Assembly (NCBI GenBank): GCA_965223845.1
Contig: CBDCXR010000004.1
Coordinates: 992,001-1,056,000, forward strand
DNA from: Planctomycetota bacterium
Lineage (GTDB): Bacteria; Planctomycetota; UBA8108; SXIK01
Direction of reading: 5' to 3'
DNA length: 64,000 nt
Shown here: positions 35,425 to 45,540 of the stretch, one piece after another
Layout: the number at the start of each line of letters is the position of its first letter
How positions within the stretch are numbered: the first letter of the stretch is position 1
Made by a program: the position numbers and the translations under genes
The notes under the pieces: model-generated
Databases searched by the model: none
What the model saw: the letters and a program-made list of their open reading frames with translations, nothing else
What the model was told of the DNA's origin: nothing

Positions 35425-35863
35425 CTTTACCCTCCGAGCCGGGTAACCCTTAGTTTAAGCACCATAAGGGTTTACGTGGATCGGCCACGGCGAGATCAGG
35501 CGCCTTTCGGCACCCTTCGGGGTCGATCGAGGGGTGATTTTGTCTCTGAACCGTTCGGGCTGATCCCATTCGGCGGGGGTGCCCACCGCGAATTGGCGTT
35601 GAGCCGCGGTTCCCGCGTCGACCCGCCAGGTGGCAACGACCGGTCGTCGACCCGGCGCGAAGACTCGCGCGGCGACGATTTCACCCGGCGTGTGCCGCAG
35701 CGGCGACGGCCCGAATCGGACGGTGAATTCGGTGTGCCCGCAGATCGGGGGGACGTCGCGGCGCGGAGCCTCGCGCGAGGGCGATCGCCGACCCGCGCGA
35801 GGCGTCGCGGTCAATCACGATGGAGCGCGGCTTCTGCCGCAGCCGGCGAGAGGCCGGAACGGA
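35425..35863 (+). promoter_or_regulatory. Long structured 5' leader of rpsJ (candidate cis-regulatory RNA)
   Basis: About 440 nt between promoter and rpsJ ATG; stem AACCCTTA/TAAGGGTT and several TTCG-capped hairpins such as ACCC-TTCG-GGGT. Confidence 0.45.
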
Positions 35864-36163
<300 letters not shown>

Positions 36164-36164
36164 C

Positions 36165-36196
36165 GCTCAGCTTTCACCGAGCTGAGCTTTTTTTTT
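36165..36196 (+). terminator. Intrinsic terminator-like hairpin between rpsJ and rplC
   Basis: GCTCAGCT-ttcaccg-AGCTGAGC followed by 9 T, starting 2 nt after the rpsJ stop. Confidence 0.75.
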
Positions 36197-36301
36197 GCTC
36201 GTCCGGGGGCCAACCGGCGCCGGCGGGCCGGTGAGATTCATCGGTTCAGAAGAGATTCGGCAGAGATTCAGCGCCTTGTTCGCTGCCCGCGACTGAGAAC
36301 C

Positions 36302-36976
36302 ATGGCTAGTCAGACACGACAGAACAAGAAATCGCTTCTCGGGAAGAAAGTCGGGATGACCCGCGTGTTTAGCGAGGACGGGAAGCATGTACCCGTCACG
36401 GTCATCCAGGCTGGCCCCTGCACCGTGCTCCAGGTTCGGACGGCGGAGAAGGACGGCTACACGGCCGTGCAGCTCGCGTTCGACGACGTACGGAAGCGGC
36501 GGAAGAAGCCGCAGCAGGCGGTGTACGACAAGCTGGGCTGCGCCCAGAAGCGTTTGGTGCGCGAAGTCCCGCACGTCGATCCGTCGGACATCCAGACGGA
36601 TGGGGAAGACGGCGGCGAGGTCGCCCCCGGTTCGACGGTGAACGTCAGCGTCTTCGAGGGCGTTGCGCGCGTCGACGTCGGCGGCGTCTCGAAGGGACGC
36701 GGCTTCTCCGGCGGTGTTCGTCGCCACGGGTTCTCGACCGGCGACGAATCACACGGTGGGAAGAGCGTGAGGCTTCGCGGAAGTACGGGAATGCACACGG
36801 ATCCGGGTCGCGTTCTCAAGGGAACGAAGATGCCCGGTCAGTACGGCAACAAGAAGTGCAAGGTCAGAAACCTCGACGTCGTGAGCATCGACCCCGAGGA
36901 GAACTTGCTCGTCGTCAAGGGAGCGGTGCCCGGACCGAACGGTGGGTACCTCTACATCGAGGAGAGCCTGTCGTGA
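36302..36976 (+). CDS. rplC: 50S ribosomal protein L3
   Basis: LLGKKVGMT, PVTVI, DGYTAVQL, SKGRGFSG, KMPGQYG, VKGAVPG. Confidence 0.97.
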   Translation: MASQTRQNKKSLLGKKVGMTRVFSEDGKHVPVTVIQAGPCTVLQVRTAEKDGYTAVQLAFDDVRKRRKKPQQAVYDKLGCAQKRLVREVPHVDPSDIQTDGEDGGEVAPGSTVNVSVFEGVARVDVGGVSKGRGFSGGVRRHGFSTGDESHGGKSVRLRGSTGMHTDPGRVLKGTKMPGQYGNKKCKVRNLDVVSIDPEENLLVVKGAVPGPNGGYLYIEESLS

Positions 36977-37659
36977 GTGCTGCCGAACCCGTCTCCGTTC
37001 CGGTGAAAGATCCGTCGGGGAACGACGTCGGAAATCGAGAGCTGCCGACGGCGGCCGTCGACACGCGTATCCGCTACCGACTCCTCAAAGATTCCGCCGT
37101 CATGTATCTCGCCAACCAGCGCCGCGGCACGCACAAGACGAAGTCGCGCAGCGAGGTTGCCGGTGCGACGTCGAAGCCGTGGCGTCAGAAGGGGACGGGG
37201 CGGGCTCGCGCTGGCTCCCGCAAGTCGCCGGTGTGGCGTGGGGGAGGAGTTGCGTTCGGTCCGCGTCCGCGCGACTACTCCTACTCGATCAATCGCAAGC
37301 AAAAGCAGCTCGCCGTGCGTTCGGCGTTGCTCGGTAAGGTTCGTGACGGTCAGGTTCTCGTGCTCGACGGCCTCGAGCTCGACCGCCCGAGCACGAAGAC
37401 GCTCGCGTCCGCACTCCGGGCGTGCGGCGTGAATGGGCGGTGCCTCATCGGTCTCGACACGCACGACCGTACGATCACCCTCTCGGCACGAAACATCCCG
37501 GGAGTGAAGGTGGCGCCGGTGGCTGAATGGAACGCGCTCGATCTCCTCAACGCGCGGTCGGTCGTTCTTTTTCCCGGCGCGGTCGATCGCCTCGGGACGA
37601 CGGTCGGAGCCCGCCGGGCGGCACGCGTCGACGCGGCACGGGCCGAGACGGAGGCGTAG
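36973..37659 (+). CDS. rplD: 50S ribosomal protein L4
   Basis: RRGTHKTKSRSEV, KPWRQKGTGRARAGS, WRGGGVAFGPRPR, SARNIP; GTG start overlapping the rplC stop. Confidence 0.97.
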   Translation: MSAAEPVSVPVKDPSGNDVGNRELPTAAVDTRIRYRLLKDSAVMYLANQRRGTHKTKSRSEVAGATSKPWRQKGTGRARAGSRKSPVWRGGGVAFGPRPRDYSYSINRKQKQLAVRSALLGKVRDGQVLVLDGLELDRPSTKTLASALRACGVNGRCLIGLDTHDRTITLSARNIPGVKVAPVAEWNALDLLNARSVVLFPGAVDRLGTTVGARRAARVDAARAETEA

Positions 37660-37666
37660 GTTCGCG

Positions 37667-37948
37667 ATGGATATTCACGAAGTACTCAAACGTCCCGTTC
37701 TTTCGGAGAAGAGCTCCCGCGGGATGGAGAACCAGAACGCTTACGTATTCGAGGTTCATCCCCAGGCGAACAAGATCCTCGTCCGGAAGGCGATCGAGAC
37801 GCTCTTCGGCGACATCAAGGTCGTCAAGGTCAACATTCGCAATCGCAAAGGTCGTCTGAAGCGAGTCGGCCGGAGCGTCGGTTACACGAAGGACCGAAAG
37901 GAAGCCATCGTGACGCTCCGACCCGGCGACAAGCTCGACGTGTACTGA
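37667..37948 (+). CDS. rplW: 50S ribosomal protein L23
   Basis: PVLSEK, YVFEV-x-x-x-ANK, VVKVN, KEAIVTL. Confidence 0.95.
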   Translation: MDIHEVLKRPVLSEKSSRGMENQNAYVFEVHPQANKILVRKAIETLFGDIKVVKVNIRNRKGRLKRVGRSVGYTKDRKEAIVTLRPGDKLDVY

Positions 37949-37951
37949 TCC

Positions 37952-38776
37952 ATGGGAATTCGCATCTACAAGCCGACGAGTCCCGGGCGCCGCGGCGGGA
38001 GTGTGTCCGATTTTTCGGACATCACGAAGAAGACTCCGGAGAAATCGCTCCTCGTCAAGCTGAAGAAGCACAGCGGCCGGAACAATCGCGGACGCATCAC
38101 CATGCGTCACCACGGAGGTGGGCATAAGCCCGTTTACCGGCTGGTCGATTTCAAGCGGAACAAGGCCGGCGTGCCGGCCAAGGTGGCCGCGATCGAGTAC
38201 GACCCGAATCGGTCGGCGCGCATCGCGCTCCTTCACTACGCCGACGGCGAGAAGCGATACATCATCGCTCCGGCGGATCTGACGGTTGGGAAGACGGTCG
38301 TCTCCGGCGAGGCGGCGGAGCCTGTCGTCGGGAATTCGATGCCGCTCGCGCAGATTCCTCTCGGAATGCAGATCCACAACATCGAGCTCCGGCCGGGCCA
38401 AGGCGGAAAACTCGTTCGCTCGGCGGGGACATCTGCGACGCTGCAGGCGAAGGAGGGGAGCTACGCGCTCATTCTCCTGCCGTCGAAGGAGGTGCGCCGC
38501 ATTCACCTCACTTGCCGCGCGACCATCGGTGAAGTCGGAAACAGCGAGCACCAGAACATCAAGATCGGAAAAGCGGGACGAAACCGCTGGCGCGGCATTC
38601 GTCCGACCGTTCGGGGCTCGGCGATGAATCCAGTCGCGCATCCGATGGGTGGAGGGGAAGGTCGACGTTCCGGCGGACGTCACCCGAAATCGAAGTGGGG
38701 GGTCCCGTCGAAGGGCGGGAAGACGAGAAACCGGCGGAAACAGTCGAGCAAGCACATCGTGAGAAGGCGGAAGTAG
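37952..38776 (+). CDS. rplB: 50S ribosomal protein L2
   Basis: [46 protein letters not shown]. Confidence 0.99.
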   Translation: MGIRIYKPTSPGRRGGSVSDFSDITKKTPEKSLLVKLKKHSGRNNRGRITMRHHGGGHKPVYRLVDFKRNKAGVPAKVAAIEYDPNRSARIALLHYADGEKRYIIAPADLTVGKTVVSGEAAEPVVGNSMPLAQIPLGMQIHNIELRPGQGGKLVRSAGTSATLQAKEGSYALILLPSKEVRRIHLTCRATIGEVGNSEHQNIKIGKAGRNRWRGIRPTVRGSAMNPVAHPMGGGEGRRSGGRHPKSKWGVPSKGGKTRNRRKQSSKHIVRRRK

Positions 38777-38779
38777 CCC

Positions 38780-39046
38780 ATGGGACGGTCGCTGAAGAAG
38801 GGTCCGTATATCGACGCGAAGCTCCTCAAAAAGGTGGAGTCGCAGGGTCGAAGCGACGCGCCGATCAAAACCTGGGCGCGGGCGTGCACGATCATCCCCG
38901 AGTTCGTCGGGTTGACCTTCATGGTGCACAACGGCAAGGACTTCAAGAAGGTTTACGTGACCGAGAACATGGTCGGGCACAAGCTCGGCGAGTTCTCCCT
39001 CACCCGCACGTTTCGCGGGCACGGTGGCGGGAGGAAGGGAAAGTAA
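38780..39046 (+). CDS. rpsS: 30S ribosomal protein S19
   Basis: [32 protein letters not shown]. Confidence 0.99.
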   Translation: MGRSLKKGPYIDAKLLKKVESQGRSDAPIKTWARACTIIPEFVGLTFMVHNGKDFKKVYVTENMVGHKLGEFSLTRTFRGHGGGRKGK

Positions 39047-39076
39047 TCCGAGGAATCGAGTTCGGAGCTCGGCCGC

Positions 39077-39442
39077 GTGCCCACGGACGACGACATGTAC
39101 AAGGCAACTCACAAGTACGCGCGAATCTCGGCTCGGAAGGCCCGGCTGGTCATCGACATGATCCGCGGCGAGCCCGTCGAGTCCGCGCTCAGTAAGCTGA
39201 AGTTTTGTCCGCGCCGCGCCGCGCCGATGATCCGAAAGGTCGTCCAGTCGGCGGTGGCGAACGCGACGCAGAAGGACGGTCTCGATGCGGACGAGCTCCT
39301 CGTCTGGCGGTGTTACGTCGACGAAGGGCCGACGATGAAGCGATGGCGCCCGCGCTCGATGGGGCGCGCGTTCCCGCGGCTCCGGCGGTCGTGTCACCTG
39401 AGCGTCGAGCTGCGACGCGCGGAAGACGTCGCGGAGAACTGA
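39077..39442 (+). CDS. rplV: 50S ribosomal protein L22
   Basis: RISARKARLVIDMIRG, SAVANA, VDEGPTMKRWRPRSMGRA. Confidence 0.97.
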   Translation: MPTDDDMYKATHKYARISARKARLVIDMIRGEPVESALSKLKFCPRRAAPMIRKVVQSAVANATQKDGLDADELLVWRCYVDEGPTMKRWRPRSMGRAFPRLRRSCHLSVELRRAEDVAEN

Positions 39443-39498
39443 CCTGCGGGAAACGGGCGCTCAGCCGGTAACGACAGTACTCAGGAAACGGAAACGGA

Positions 39499-40164
39499 AT
39501 GGGACAAAAGGTTCACCCGACTGGGTTTCGCATCGGGATCACCGAGAACTGGCGCTCGCGCTGGATCGCGAATAAGCAGCAGTACGGCAAGCTGCTGATT
39601 CAGGACCAGCTCATCCGCCGGTACATCAAGCGCGAGTTCGAACAGGCGGGCATCCCGCTCATCGAAATCGAGCGCGATCGCGAGCGGCTGCACGTCTACC
39701 TGCACACCTCACGGCCCGGCGTCATCATCGGCCGGAAGGGAGCGAAGGTCGAGCAGCTGAAGGAAGATCTCGAAGCGATCTGCGGTCAGGAGGTCAAGCT
39801 CGAGATCCGCGAGATTTCGACGCCGGAGCTCGACGCCCAGCTCGTCGCCGAGTCGGTGGCGATGCAGCTCTCGAAGCGCGGAACGTTTCGCCGGGTCATG
39901 AAGATGGCTCTCAAGGCGACGATGGAGCGCGGCGCGCTCGGAGTGAAGCTGCGGGTGGCGGGACGCCTGGGCGGCGCGGAGATGGCCCGGCGCGAGGCGT
40001 TCGCCGAGGGAAAGATCCCGCTCCAAACATTGCAAGCTCACGTCGACTACGGCTTCGCGGAAGCGAAGACGACTTACGGTTCGATCGGCGTCAAGTGTTG
40101 GATTTACCACGGCCAGTACAGCGCGGAGGAACAGAGCCATGGCTCTCATGCCAAAAAGGGTTAA
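39499..40164 (+). CDS. rpsC: 30S ribosomal protein S3
   Basis: MGQKVHPTGFRIG, RPGVIIGRKG, GRLGGAEMAR, PLQTLQAHVDY. Confidence 0.99.
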   Translation: MGQKVHPTGFRIGITENWRSRWIANKQQYGKLLIQDQLIRRYIKREFEQAGIPLIEIERDRERLHVYLHTSRPGVIIGRKGAKVEQLKEDLEAICGQEVKLEIREISTPELDAQLVAESVAMQLSKRGTFRRVMKMALKATMERGALGVKLRVAGRLGGAEMARREAFAEGKIPLQTLQAHVDYGFAEAKTTYGSIGVKCWIYHGQYSAEEQSHGSHAKKG

Positions 40165-40558
40165 GTTCCGTAAGCACCAGCGCGGACGCGCGTACGGTTG
40201 TGCCACGCGCGGCAATTACGTCGCGTACGGCGAGTTCGGACTTCAGTCGCTCGACGCCGGATGGATTCGTGCGAATCAAATCGAAGCCGGTCGCGTGACG
40301 GCGAACCGAGCCGTCGGAGGCGAAGGACGCATCTACATTCGCATCTTCCCGGACAAGCCGATCAGCTCGAAGCCGGCCGAGACGCGAATGGGGAAGGGGA
40401 AGGGCGAACCGGACTACTACGCCGCCGTCGTCCGACCGGGCACGATCCTCTACGAGGTCGGCGGAGTCCCCGAAGACGTCGCGCGTCAGGCGCTCAATCG
40501 AATTTCCCACAAGCTTCCCGTCCGCGTCCGTATGGTGCGGCGACATCCTAAGGTCTGA
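40139..40558 (+). CDS. rplP: 50S ribosomal protein L16
   Basis: LMPKRVKFRKHQRG, QIEAGR, IRIFPDKP, ETRMGKGKG. Confidence 0.99.
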   Translation: MALMPKRVKFRKHQRGRAYGCATRGNYVAYGEFGLQSLDAGWIRANQIEAGRVTANRAVGGEGRIYIRIFPDKPISSKPAETRMGKGKGEPDYYAAVVRPGTILYEVGGVPEDVARQALNRISHKLPVRVRMVRRHPKV

Positions 40559-40594
40559 GTACGAGGCTCCGCCATAGGCGGGAGAGAACGAGCG

Positions 40595-40798
40595 ATGCAG
40601 CTCAAGGAAATCCGGGGACTGCCGGACGACGAGATTCGGGTCGAGCTCGAGAAGGCCCGCGAAAAGCTGTTCCGCATCCGCTTCCAGGCCAAGGGCAAGG
40701 ACGTCGAGAATCCGGGACAGATGACGAATATCAGACGGTCGATCGCGCGGATGCTCACCGTGTTGCGGGAGCGCCAGATCAAGGCCGCGGCACAGTGA
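40595..40798 (+). CDS. rpmC: 50S ribosomal protein L29
   Basis: LFRIRFQ, RRSIARMLTVLRER; position in the operon. Confidence 0.93.
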   Translation: MQLKEIRGLPDDEIRVELEKAREKLFRIRFQAKGKDVENPGQMTNIRRSIARMLTVLRERQIKAAAQ

Positions 40799-40829
40799 GT
40801 GAACGGGCCGCGGTAAAGGGAGTCATAGA

Positions 40830-41102
40830 ATGAGTTCGGAGTCCTCGTCGAGCCGCAAGCAGCCTCGCACCGTGACCGGTGTGGTGAGCAGCGACAAGAT
40901 GAACAAGACCCGGTCGGTGACGATCCAGCGACTAGTGAAACACCCGCTCTACAAGAAGTACATCCGTCGGCGGACCACCTACAAGGTCCACGATGAGAAC
41001 AACACTTCTCGCGTCGGGGACAAGGTGCTGATCGCTCGTACGCGACCGCTGTCGAAGACGAAAAGTTGGCGCTTGGTGGAGGTCCTGGAACGCTCGCACT
41101 GA
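40830..41102 (+). CDS. rpsQ: 30S ribosomal protein S17
   Basis: [31 protein letters not shown]. Confidence 0.98.
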   Translation: MSSESSSSRKQPRTVTGVVSSDKMNKTRSVTIQRLVKHPLYKKYIRRRTTYKVHDENNTSRVGDKVLIARTRPLSKTKSWRLVEVLERSH

Positions 41103-41166
41103 TCACGGCGCGGCCGAACGGGCCGTCGCGACGGCGGATACCGCCGGTGCGAGGGGAGATCAAGCT

Positions 41167-41535
41167 ATGATCCAGATGCAGACCAAGCTCGACGTCGCGG
41201 ACAACACCGGCGCCAAGGTCGTCCAGTGTATCCACGTGCTCGGAGGGACGAAGCGGCGCTACGCGCAACTCGGCGACATCATCGTCTGCTCCGTAAAGAA
41301 GGCTCTGCCGTCGAGCGACATCAAGCCGGGAACGGTCGTGAAGGGCGTCATCGTCCGCACGAAGAACGCGGTTCGCCGGGACGACGGCTCGTACGTGCGC
41401 TTCGACAAGAACGCCGTCGTGCTCGTCGACAACGACAAGAATCCGCGCGGCACTCGAATCTTCGGTGCCGTCGCCCGGGAGCTCCGGCAAAAGAACTACA
41501 TGAAGATCGTGTCGCTCGCTCCGGAGGTCGTGTGA
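41167..41535 (+). CDS. rplN: 50S ribosomal protein L14
   Basis: [36 protein letters not shown]. Confidence 0.99.
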   Translation: MIQMQTKLDVADNTGAKVVQCIHVLGGTKRRYAQLGDIIVCSVKKALPSSDIKPGTVVKGVIVRTKNAVRRDDGSYVRFDKNAVVLVDNDKNPRGTRIFGAVARELRQKNYMKIVSLAPEVV

Positions 41536-41840
41536 TGAATCTGAAACGTGACGACCTCGTCGTGGTGCTCTCTGGATCGCAAAAGGGCAAGCAGGGTCGA
41601 GTGCTCAAGGTGCTCGAAGGGACGGATCAGGTGCTCGTCCAGGGCGTGAACGTGCGCTACAAGCACCTTCGGAGAAGTCAAAAGCATCCCCAGGGCGGCC
41701 GCGTCCAGCGGGAGATGCCGATTCCCGCGTGCAAGGTGGCGATCGTCGATCCGAAGACGAACCGTCCGACGCGGGTGGGATATCGAATGGAAGGTGGCCG
41801 CAAGGTGCGGTACGCCAAACGGAGCGGTGAACCCGTATAA
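41535..41840 (+). CDS. rplX: 50S ribosomal protein L24
   Basis: KOW motif DLVVVLSGSQKGKQGRV, GVNVRYKH, GG-x-x-x-REMPI, PTRVGY. Confidence 0.96.
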   Translation: MNLKRDDLVVVLSGSQKGKQGRVLKVLEGTDQVLVQGVNVRYKHLRRSQKHPQGGRVQREMPIPACKVAIVDPKTNRPTRVGYRMEGGRKVRYAKRSGEPV

Positions 41841-41843
41841 GCC

Positions 41844-42383
41844 ATGGCGCGCCTCTTAGAGCAGTACAATCGCGAGATCGTTCCGAAGCTGATGGAACAG
41901 TTCGGTTCCGGCAACCGGCTCGCCGTTCCACGCCTTCACAAGATCACTCTCAACATGGGAGTCGGTCGCGCGATCGAGAACAACAAGCGGATCGAAGCCG
42001 CTGTGCGCGATCTCACGACGATCGCCGGGCAGAAGCCCGTCATCACCAAGGCGAGGAAGTCGATCGCCGGCTTCAAGCTTCGCCAGGGGATGAACGTCGG
42101 CGTCAAGGCGACTCTGCGCGGACCGCGCATGTACGAGTTCTTCGACCGCCTCATCGCCGTGGTGATTCCGCGTATCCGCGACTTTCGTGGATTCTCGAAG
42201 AAAGCCTTCGACGGCCAAGGAAACTACTCACTGGGGCTCACGGAGCAGCTCGTCTTCCCGGAGATCAAGATCGACGACGTCGAGTTTCCCCAGGGGCTCG
42301 ACATCACGCTGACGATCGATCGATCGAATCCGGAGCGTTCGCTCGCCCTCATGGAGATGTTCGGATTTCCCTTTAGAAAGTAA
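41844..42383 (+). CDS. rplE: 50S ribosomal protein L5
   Basis: KITLNMGVG, AGQKPVITKARKSIAGFKLR, PRIRDFRG, FDGQGNY. Confidence 0.99.
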   Translation: MARLLEQYNREIVPKLMEQFGSGNRLAVPRLHKITLNMGVGRAIENNKRIEAAVRDLTTIAGQKPVITKARKSIAGFKLRQGMNVGVKATLRGPRMYEFFDRLIAVVIPRIRDFRGFSKKAFDGQGNYSLGLTEQLVFPEIKIDDVEFPQGLDITLTIDRSNPERSLALMEMFGFPFRK

Positions 42384-42449
42384 AACGCCTGAGACGCGGC
42401 GGTGGCCCGTGAGGTCGCGGCACCGCCGATCTCGATCAGGAGGAATGAG

Positions 42450-42635
42450 GTGGCAAAGACTTCCTGGCGCATCAAGCAACAGAGAACGCCCAAGTTCTCG
42501 ACGCGGCGCTACAACCGTTGTCAGCTCTGCGGACGTCGACGTTCGTACTACCGCAAGTTTCAGATCTGCCGCGTGTGCTTCCGCACTCTCGCTCTGAAGG
42601 GCGAGATCCCGGGAGTGCGCAAGGCGAGCTGGTAA
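42450..42635 (+). CDS. rpsN: 30S ribosomal protein S14, Zn-binding short (type Z) form
   Basis: 61 aa, RCQLCGR...[17 protein letters not shown]; GTG start after AGGAGG. Confidence 0.97.
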   Translation: MAKTSWRIKQQRTPKFSTRRYNRCQLCGRRRSYYRKFQICRVCFRTLALKGEIPGVRKASW

Positions 42636-42779
42636 TTCGCGGGCGTCGCAGCTCGGCGGTGATCGTGCGGTGCGCGGCGGTGTTTTAGCGGAAAAAAAAG
42701 ACGGCTGGGAAGAACTTTGCGCCGGGCGCCGGCGCGGCGAATACGGCGTCTTGAGAGACCCTTCGGTGAGACTTGTCGC

Positions 42780-43178
42780 ATGAGTATGACGGACCCGATT
42801 GCGGACCTTTTGACTCGAATCCGGAACGCGAACGCGAACGGATACACCGAGGTCAAGATTCCGTATTCGCGCATCAAGAAAGACATCCTTCGCGTGTTGA
42901 AGGAACAGGGCTACATCACGGACTACCACTCCGAGATGGCTGGGGCGCGGGCGATTCTCCGCATCGAGCTCAAGTACGGCGACGACGGTGAGAAGGTGAT
43001 CCAGCACATCCAGCGCGTCTCCAAGCCCGGCCGACGACTTCACTGCGGAACGAAGGAATTGCCGGACGTCCTCAACGGCCTCGGAATCGCAGTCGTGTCG
43101 ACGTCGAAGGGGGTGATCTCGAACCTCGAGGCGAAGAAGCTCGGCGTCGGCGGCGAGGTGCTCTGCGAGGTTTGGTAG
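42780..43178 (+). CDS. rpsH: 30S ribosomal protein S8
   Basis: MTDPIADLLTRIRNA, RVSKPGRR, GLGIAVVSTSKGV, GGEVLC. Confidence 0.99.
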   Translation: MSMTDPIADLLTRIRNANANGYTEVKIPYSRIKKDILRVLKEQGYITDYHSEMAGARAILRIELKYGDDGEKVIQHIQRVSKPGRRLHCGTKELPDVLNGLGIAVVSTSKGVISNLEAKKLGVGGEVLCEVW

Positions 43179-43256
43179 GCCGGCGAGCGAGCTCGGCGAA
43201 CGAGCTCAGTCGTAGCGGATCGTAGAAACAGTGAGGGCCCTCAAGGGCTAAGAAAC

Positions 43257-43814
43257 GTGTCTCGAATCGGAAAGCTCCCCATCCAGATCCCCGGTGGTGT
43301 CAAAGTCGACCAGCGGAAGACGGACGCCGGGACGACCCTCCAGGTCGACGGGCCGAAGGGGAAGCTCAGCTTCCAGTTCCGGCCGGACGTGAACTTCTCC
43401 ATCGACGACGGTCAGATCCGCGTCGATCGCGTCGGGGACGCCAAGTTTCAGCGTGCCTATCACGGAACGGCGCGCGCGCTCACCGCGAACATGGTTCGCG
43501 GGGTGAGCGAAGGCTTCGAGAAGACGCTCGAGATCGAGGGCGTCGGCTACAGCGCCAAGCTCGCCGGAAAGAAGATCACGCTTCAGATCGGATTCTGCCA
43601 TCCGGTCGATCTCGAGCTTCCCGCGGGGATCGAGGCGGAGGTGCCGAATCAGACGACGATCACCGTGCGCGGGGCCGATCGGCAGGTCGTCGGCGAGTTC
43701 GCCGCGAAGATTCGAAAGATCCGTCCGCCGGAACCGTACAAGGGGAAGGGAATCCGCTATCGCGGCGAGCACATCATTCGGAAGACCGGAAAGACTTTCG
43801 GTTCGGGAGACTAA
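43257..43814 (+). CDS. rplF: 50S ribosomal protein L6
   Basis: SRIGKLPI, GPKG, GVGY, RPPEPYKGKGIRY. Confidence 0.99.
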   Translation: MSRIGKLPIQIPGGVKVDQRKTDAGTTLQVDGPKGKLSFQFRPDVNFSIDDGQIRVDRVGDAKFQRAYHGTARALTANMVRGVSEGFEKTLEIEGVGYSAKLAGKKITLQIGFCHPVDLELPAGIEAEVPNQTTITVRGADRQVVGEFAAKIRKIRPPEPYKGKGIRYRGEHIIRKTGKTFGSGD

Positions 43815-43886
43815 CGAGCGATCGGGTGAACGCGTCGGAGCGCGCCGGGTGGCGCGAGACGCGACGAGAGCTGGATCGGACCTAGC

Positions 43887-44258
43887 ATGGCTACGAAGAA
43901 CGAACTCAAGCTGAAGCGCGCGCGGCGGATCCGGCGGAAGTATGTCGTGCGGCGGCGGGTCTTCGGGAACGCCTCGAAGCCGCGGCTGACCGTCTTCCGC
44001 AGCAACAAGAATATCTCTTGCCAGTTGATCGACGACTTCAAGCGTGTGACGCTCGCATCGGCGTCGACGCTCTCGAAGGAATTGGCGGCCGGAGGCGGTG
44101 GCAACTGCAAGGCCGCGGCGGTGGTCGGGGCGAAGATCGCCGAGAAGGCGAAGTCGCTCGGGATCACCGAAGCGCAGTTCGATCGAAACGGCTACAAGTT
44201 TCACGGCCGTCTTCGCGCGCTCGTCGACGCCGCGCGCGAGGGTGGACTCAAGATCTAG
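43887..44258 (+). CDS. rplR: 50S ribosomal protein L18
   Basis: PRLTVFRSNKNI, QLIDD, FDRNGYKFHGR, AREGGL. Confidence 0.98.
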   Translation: MATKNELKLKRARRIRRKYVVRRRVFGNASKPRLTVFRSNKNISCQLIDDFKRVTLASASTLSKELAAGGGGNCKAAAVVGAKIAEKAKSLGITEAQFDRNGYKFHGRLRALVDAAREGGLKI

Positions 44259-44299
44259 ATCCGTGGGGGCCTTCGACGCACCGGCCCTACGGAAAGGAG

Positions 44300-45064
44300 A
44301 TGGAATTGGCAGACCAATCGACGGGAGCCCCTTCGGGGGGCGGAGCTAAGGACGCCCCGGCCGGGGGCGAGAGCCAGGCGAGTCGACCCGCTCCGAGCCG
44401 GGCCGGCGCTGCATCAGCCGGCGGTAGCGGTCCGGGCGGAGGCGGAGGCGGACGCGGACCCGGTGGGGGTCGCGGCGGACCGGGTGGCGGACGAGGTGGT
44501 CGAGGCGGACCCGGCGGCGGACGCGGACGCGGACGCGGCGGTCCGGGTGGCCGCGATGGCCGCGGCCGCGGCCGAGACCGCGATGATCCCGACGGGCCGC
44601 AGGAAGAGCAGCGCGTCGTCAAGATCAACCGCTGCGCGACGGTCGTGAAGGGCGGGCGTCGGTTCAGCTTCAGCGCCCTGGTCGTCGTCGGCGACGCCGA
44701 AGGCAGCGTCGGCTTTGGATTCGGCAAGGCGAACGAAGTTCCCCCGTCGGTCGAGAAGGCATTCAAGGATGCGCGGAAGAACAAGGTGAAGATCGCCCTC
44801 AAGGGGCATACGATTCCTCACCAGGTCGTCGGGCGCTTTCTGTCCTCGAAGGTCGTCCTCGTCCCGGCCGCCGAGGGTACCGGCGTCATCGCCGGTGCGT
44901 CGGTGCGCGCGGTCGTCGAGTGCGCCGGCGTGAAGAACGTCCTCACGAAGGTTTACGGAAGTACGAATCCGCTCAACGTCGTCAAGGCGACGATGGACGG
45001 ACTGAAGAAGCTGCGCACCGCCGAGCAGGTCTCGCGGCTGCGAGGCGTGGAGGTGGCGTCGTGA
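44300..45064 (+). CDS. rpsE: 30S ribosomal protein S5 with long Gly/Arg-rich N-terminal extension
   Basis: [53 protein letters not shown]; ATG 44300 after AAAGGAG (TTG 44306 possible). Confidence 0.97.
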   Translation: MELADQSTGAPSGGGAKDAPAGGESQASRPAPSRAGAASAGGSGPGGGGGGRGPGGGRGGPGGGRGGRGGPGGGRGRGRGGPGGRDGRGRGRDRDDPDGPQEEQRVVKINRCATVVKGGRRFSFSALVVVGDAEGSVGFGFGKANEVPPSVEKAFKDARKNKVKIALKGHTIPHQVVGRFLSSKVVLVPAAEGTGVIAGASVRAVVECAGVKNVLTKVYGSTNPLNVVKATMDGLKKLRTAEQVSRLRGVEVAS

Positions 45065-45540
45065 ATCTGAACGACGTTCTCGCTAATTCCGGTAAGCAGC
45101 AACGGCGGAAGCGTCGTGGGCGTGGTCCCGGCTCCGGTCTCGGTAAGACGGCCGGCCGCGGTCACAAGGGCCAGCACGCCCGCTCGGGATTCAGTCGCCG
45201 TTACAACTACGACGGCGGCCAGATGACGCTCGTCCGTCGCTTACCCAAAAGAGGGTTCAACAACGCCCTCTTTCGTAGACGATATGACATCGTCAACGTC
45301 GCGGTGCTGGAGTCTGCGTTCTCGGCCGGTGAGACGGTGAAGCTCGAGACGCTCGCCGAGCGCGGGGTCCTCAATCCGGAACACGGGCGCCTCAAGATCC
45401 TCGGCGCCGGCGAGCTGACGAAACCTCTTACGGTCGTCGCGCATCGTCTGAGCGCCTCGGCGCAGAAGAAGATCGACGCAGCCGGGGGGAAGGTGGAAGC
45501 GCTGGAAACCCCGAAGCGGAAGAAGGGACGTCGAAACTGA
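45061..45540 (+). CDS. rplO: 50S ribosomal protein L15
   Basis: RGRGPGSGLGKTAGRGHKGQ, GGQ-x-x-L-x-RRLPKRGF, KILGAGEL, AAGG; GTG overlaps the rpsE stop. Confidence 0.98.
   Translation: MNLNDVLANSGKQQRRKRRGRGPGSGLGKTAGRGHKGQHARSGFSRRYNYDGGQMTLVRRLPKRGFNNALFRRRYDIVNVAVLESAFSAGETVKLETLAERGVLNPEHGRLKILGAGELTKPLTVVAHRLSASAQKKIDAAGGKVEALETPKRKKGRRN

Noticed and set aside
35630-35863. 78-aa N-terminal extension on S10 implied by the ORF track
   Set aside because: Low-complexity Arg/Gly/Pro sequence from an alternative start; S10 homology begins at ATG 35864, so treated as leader.
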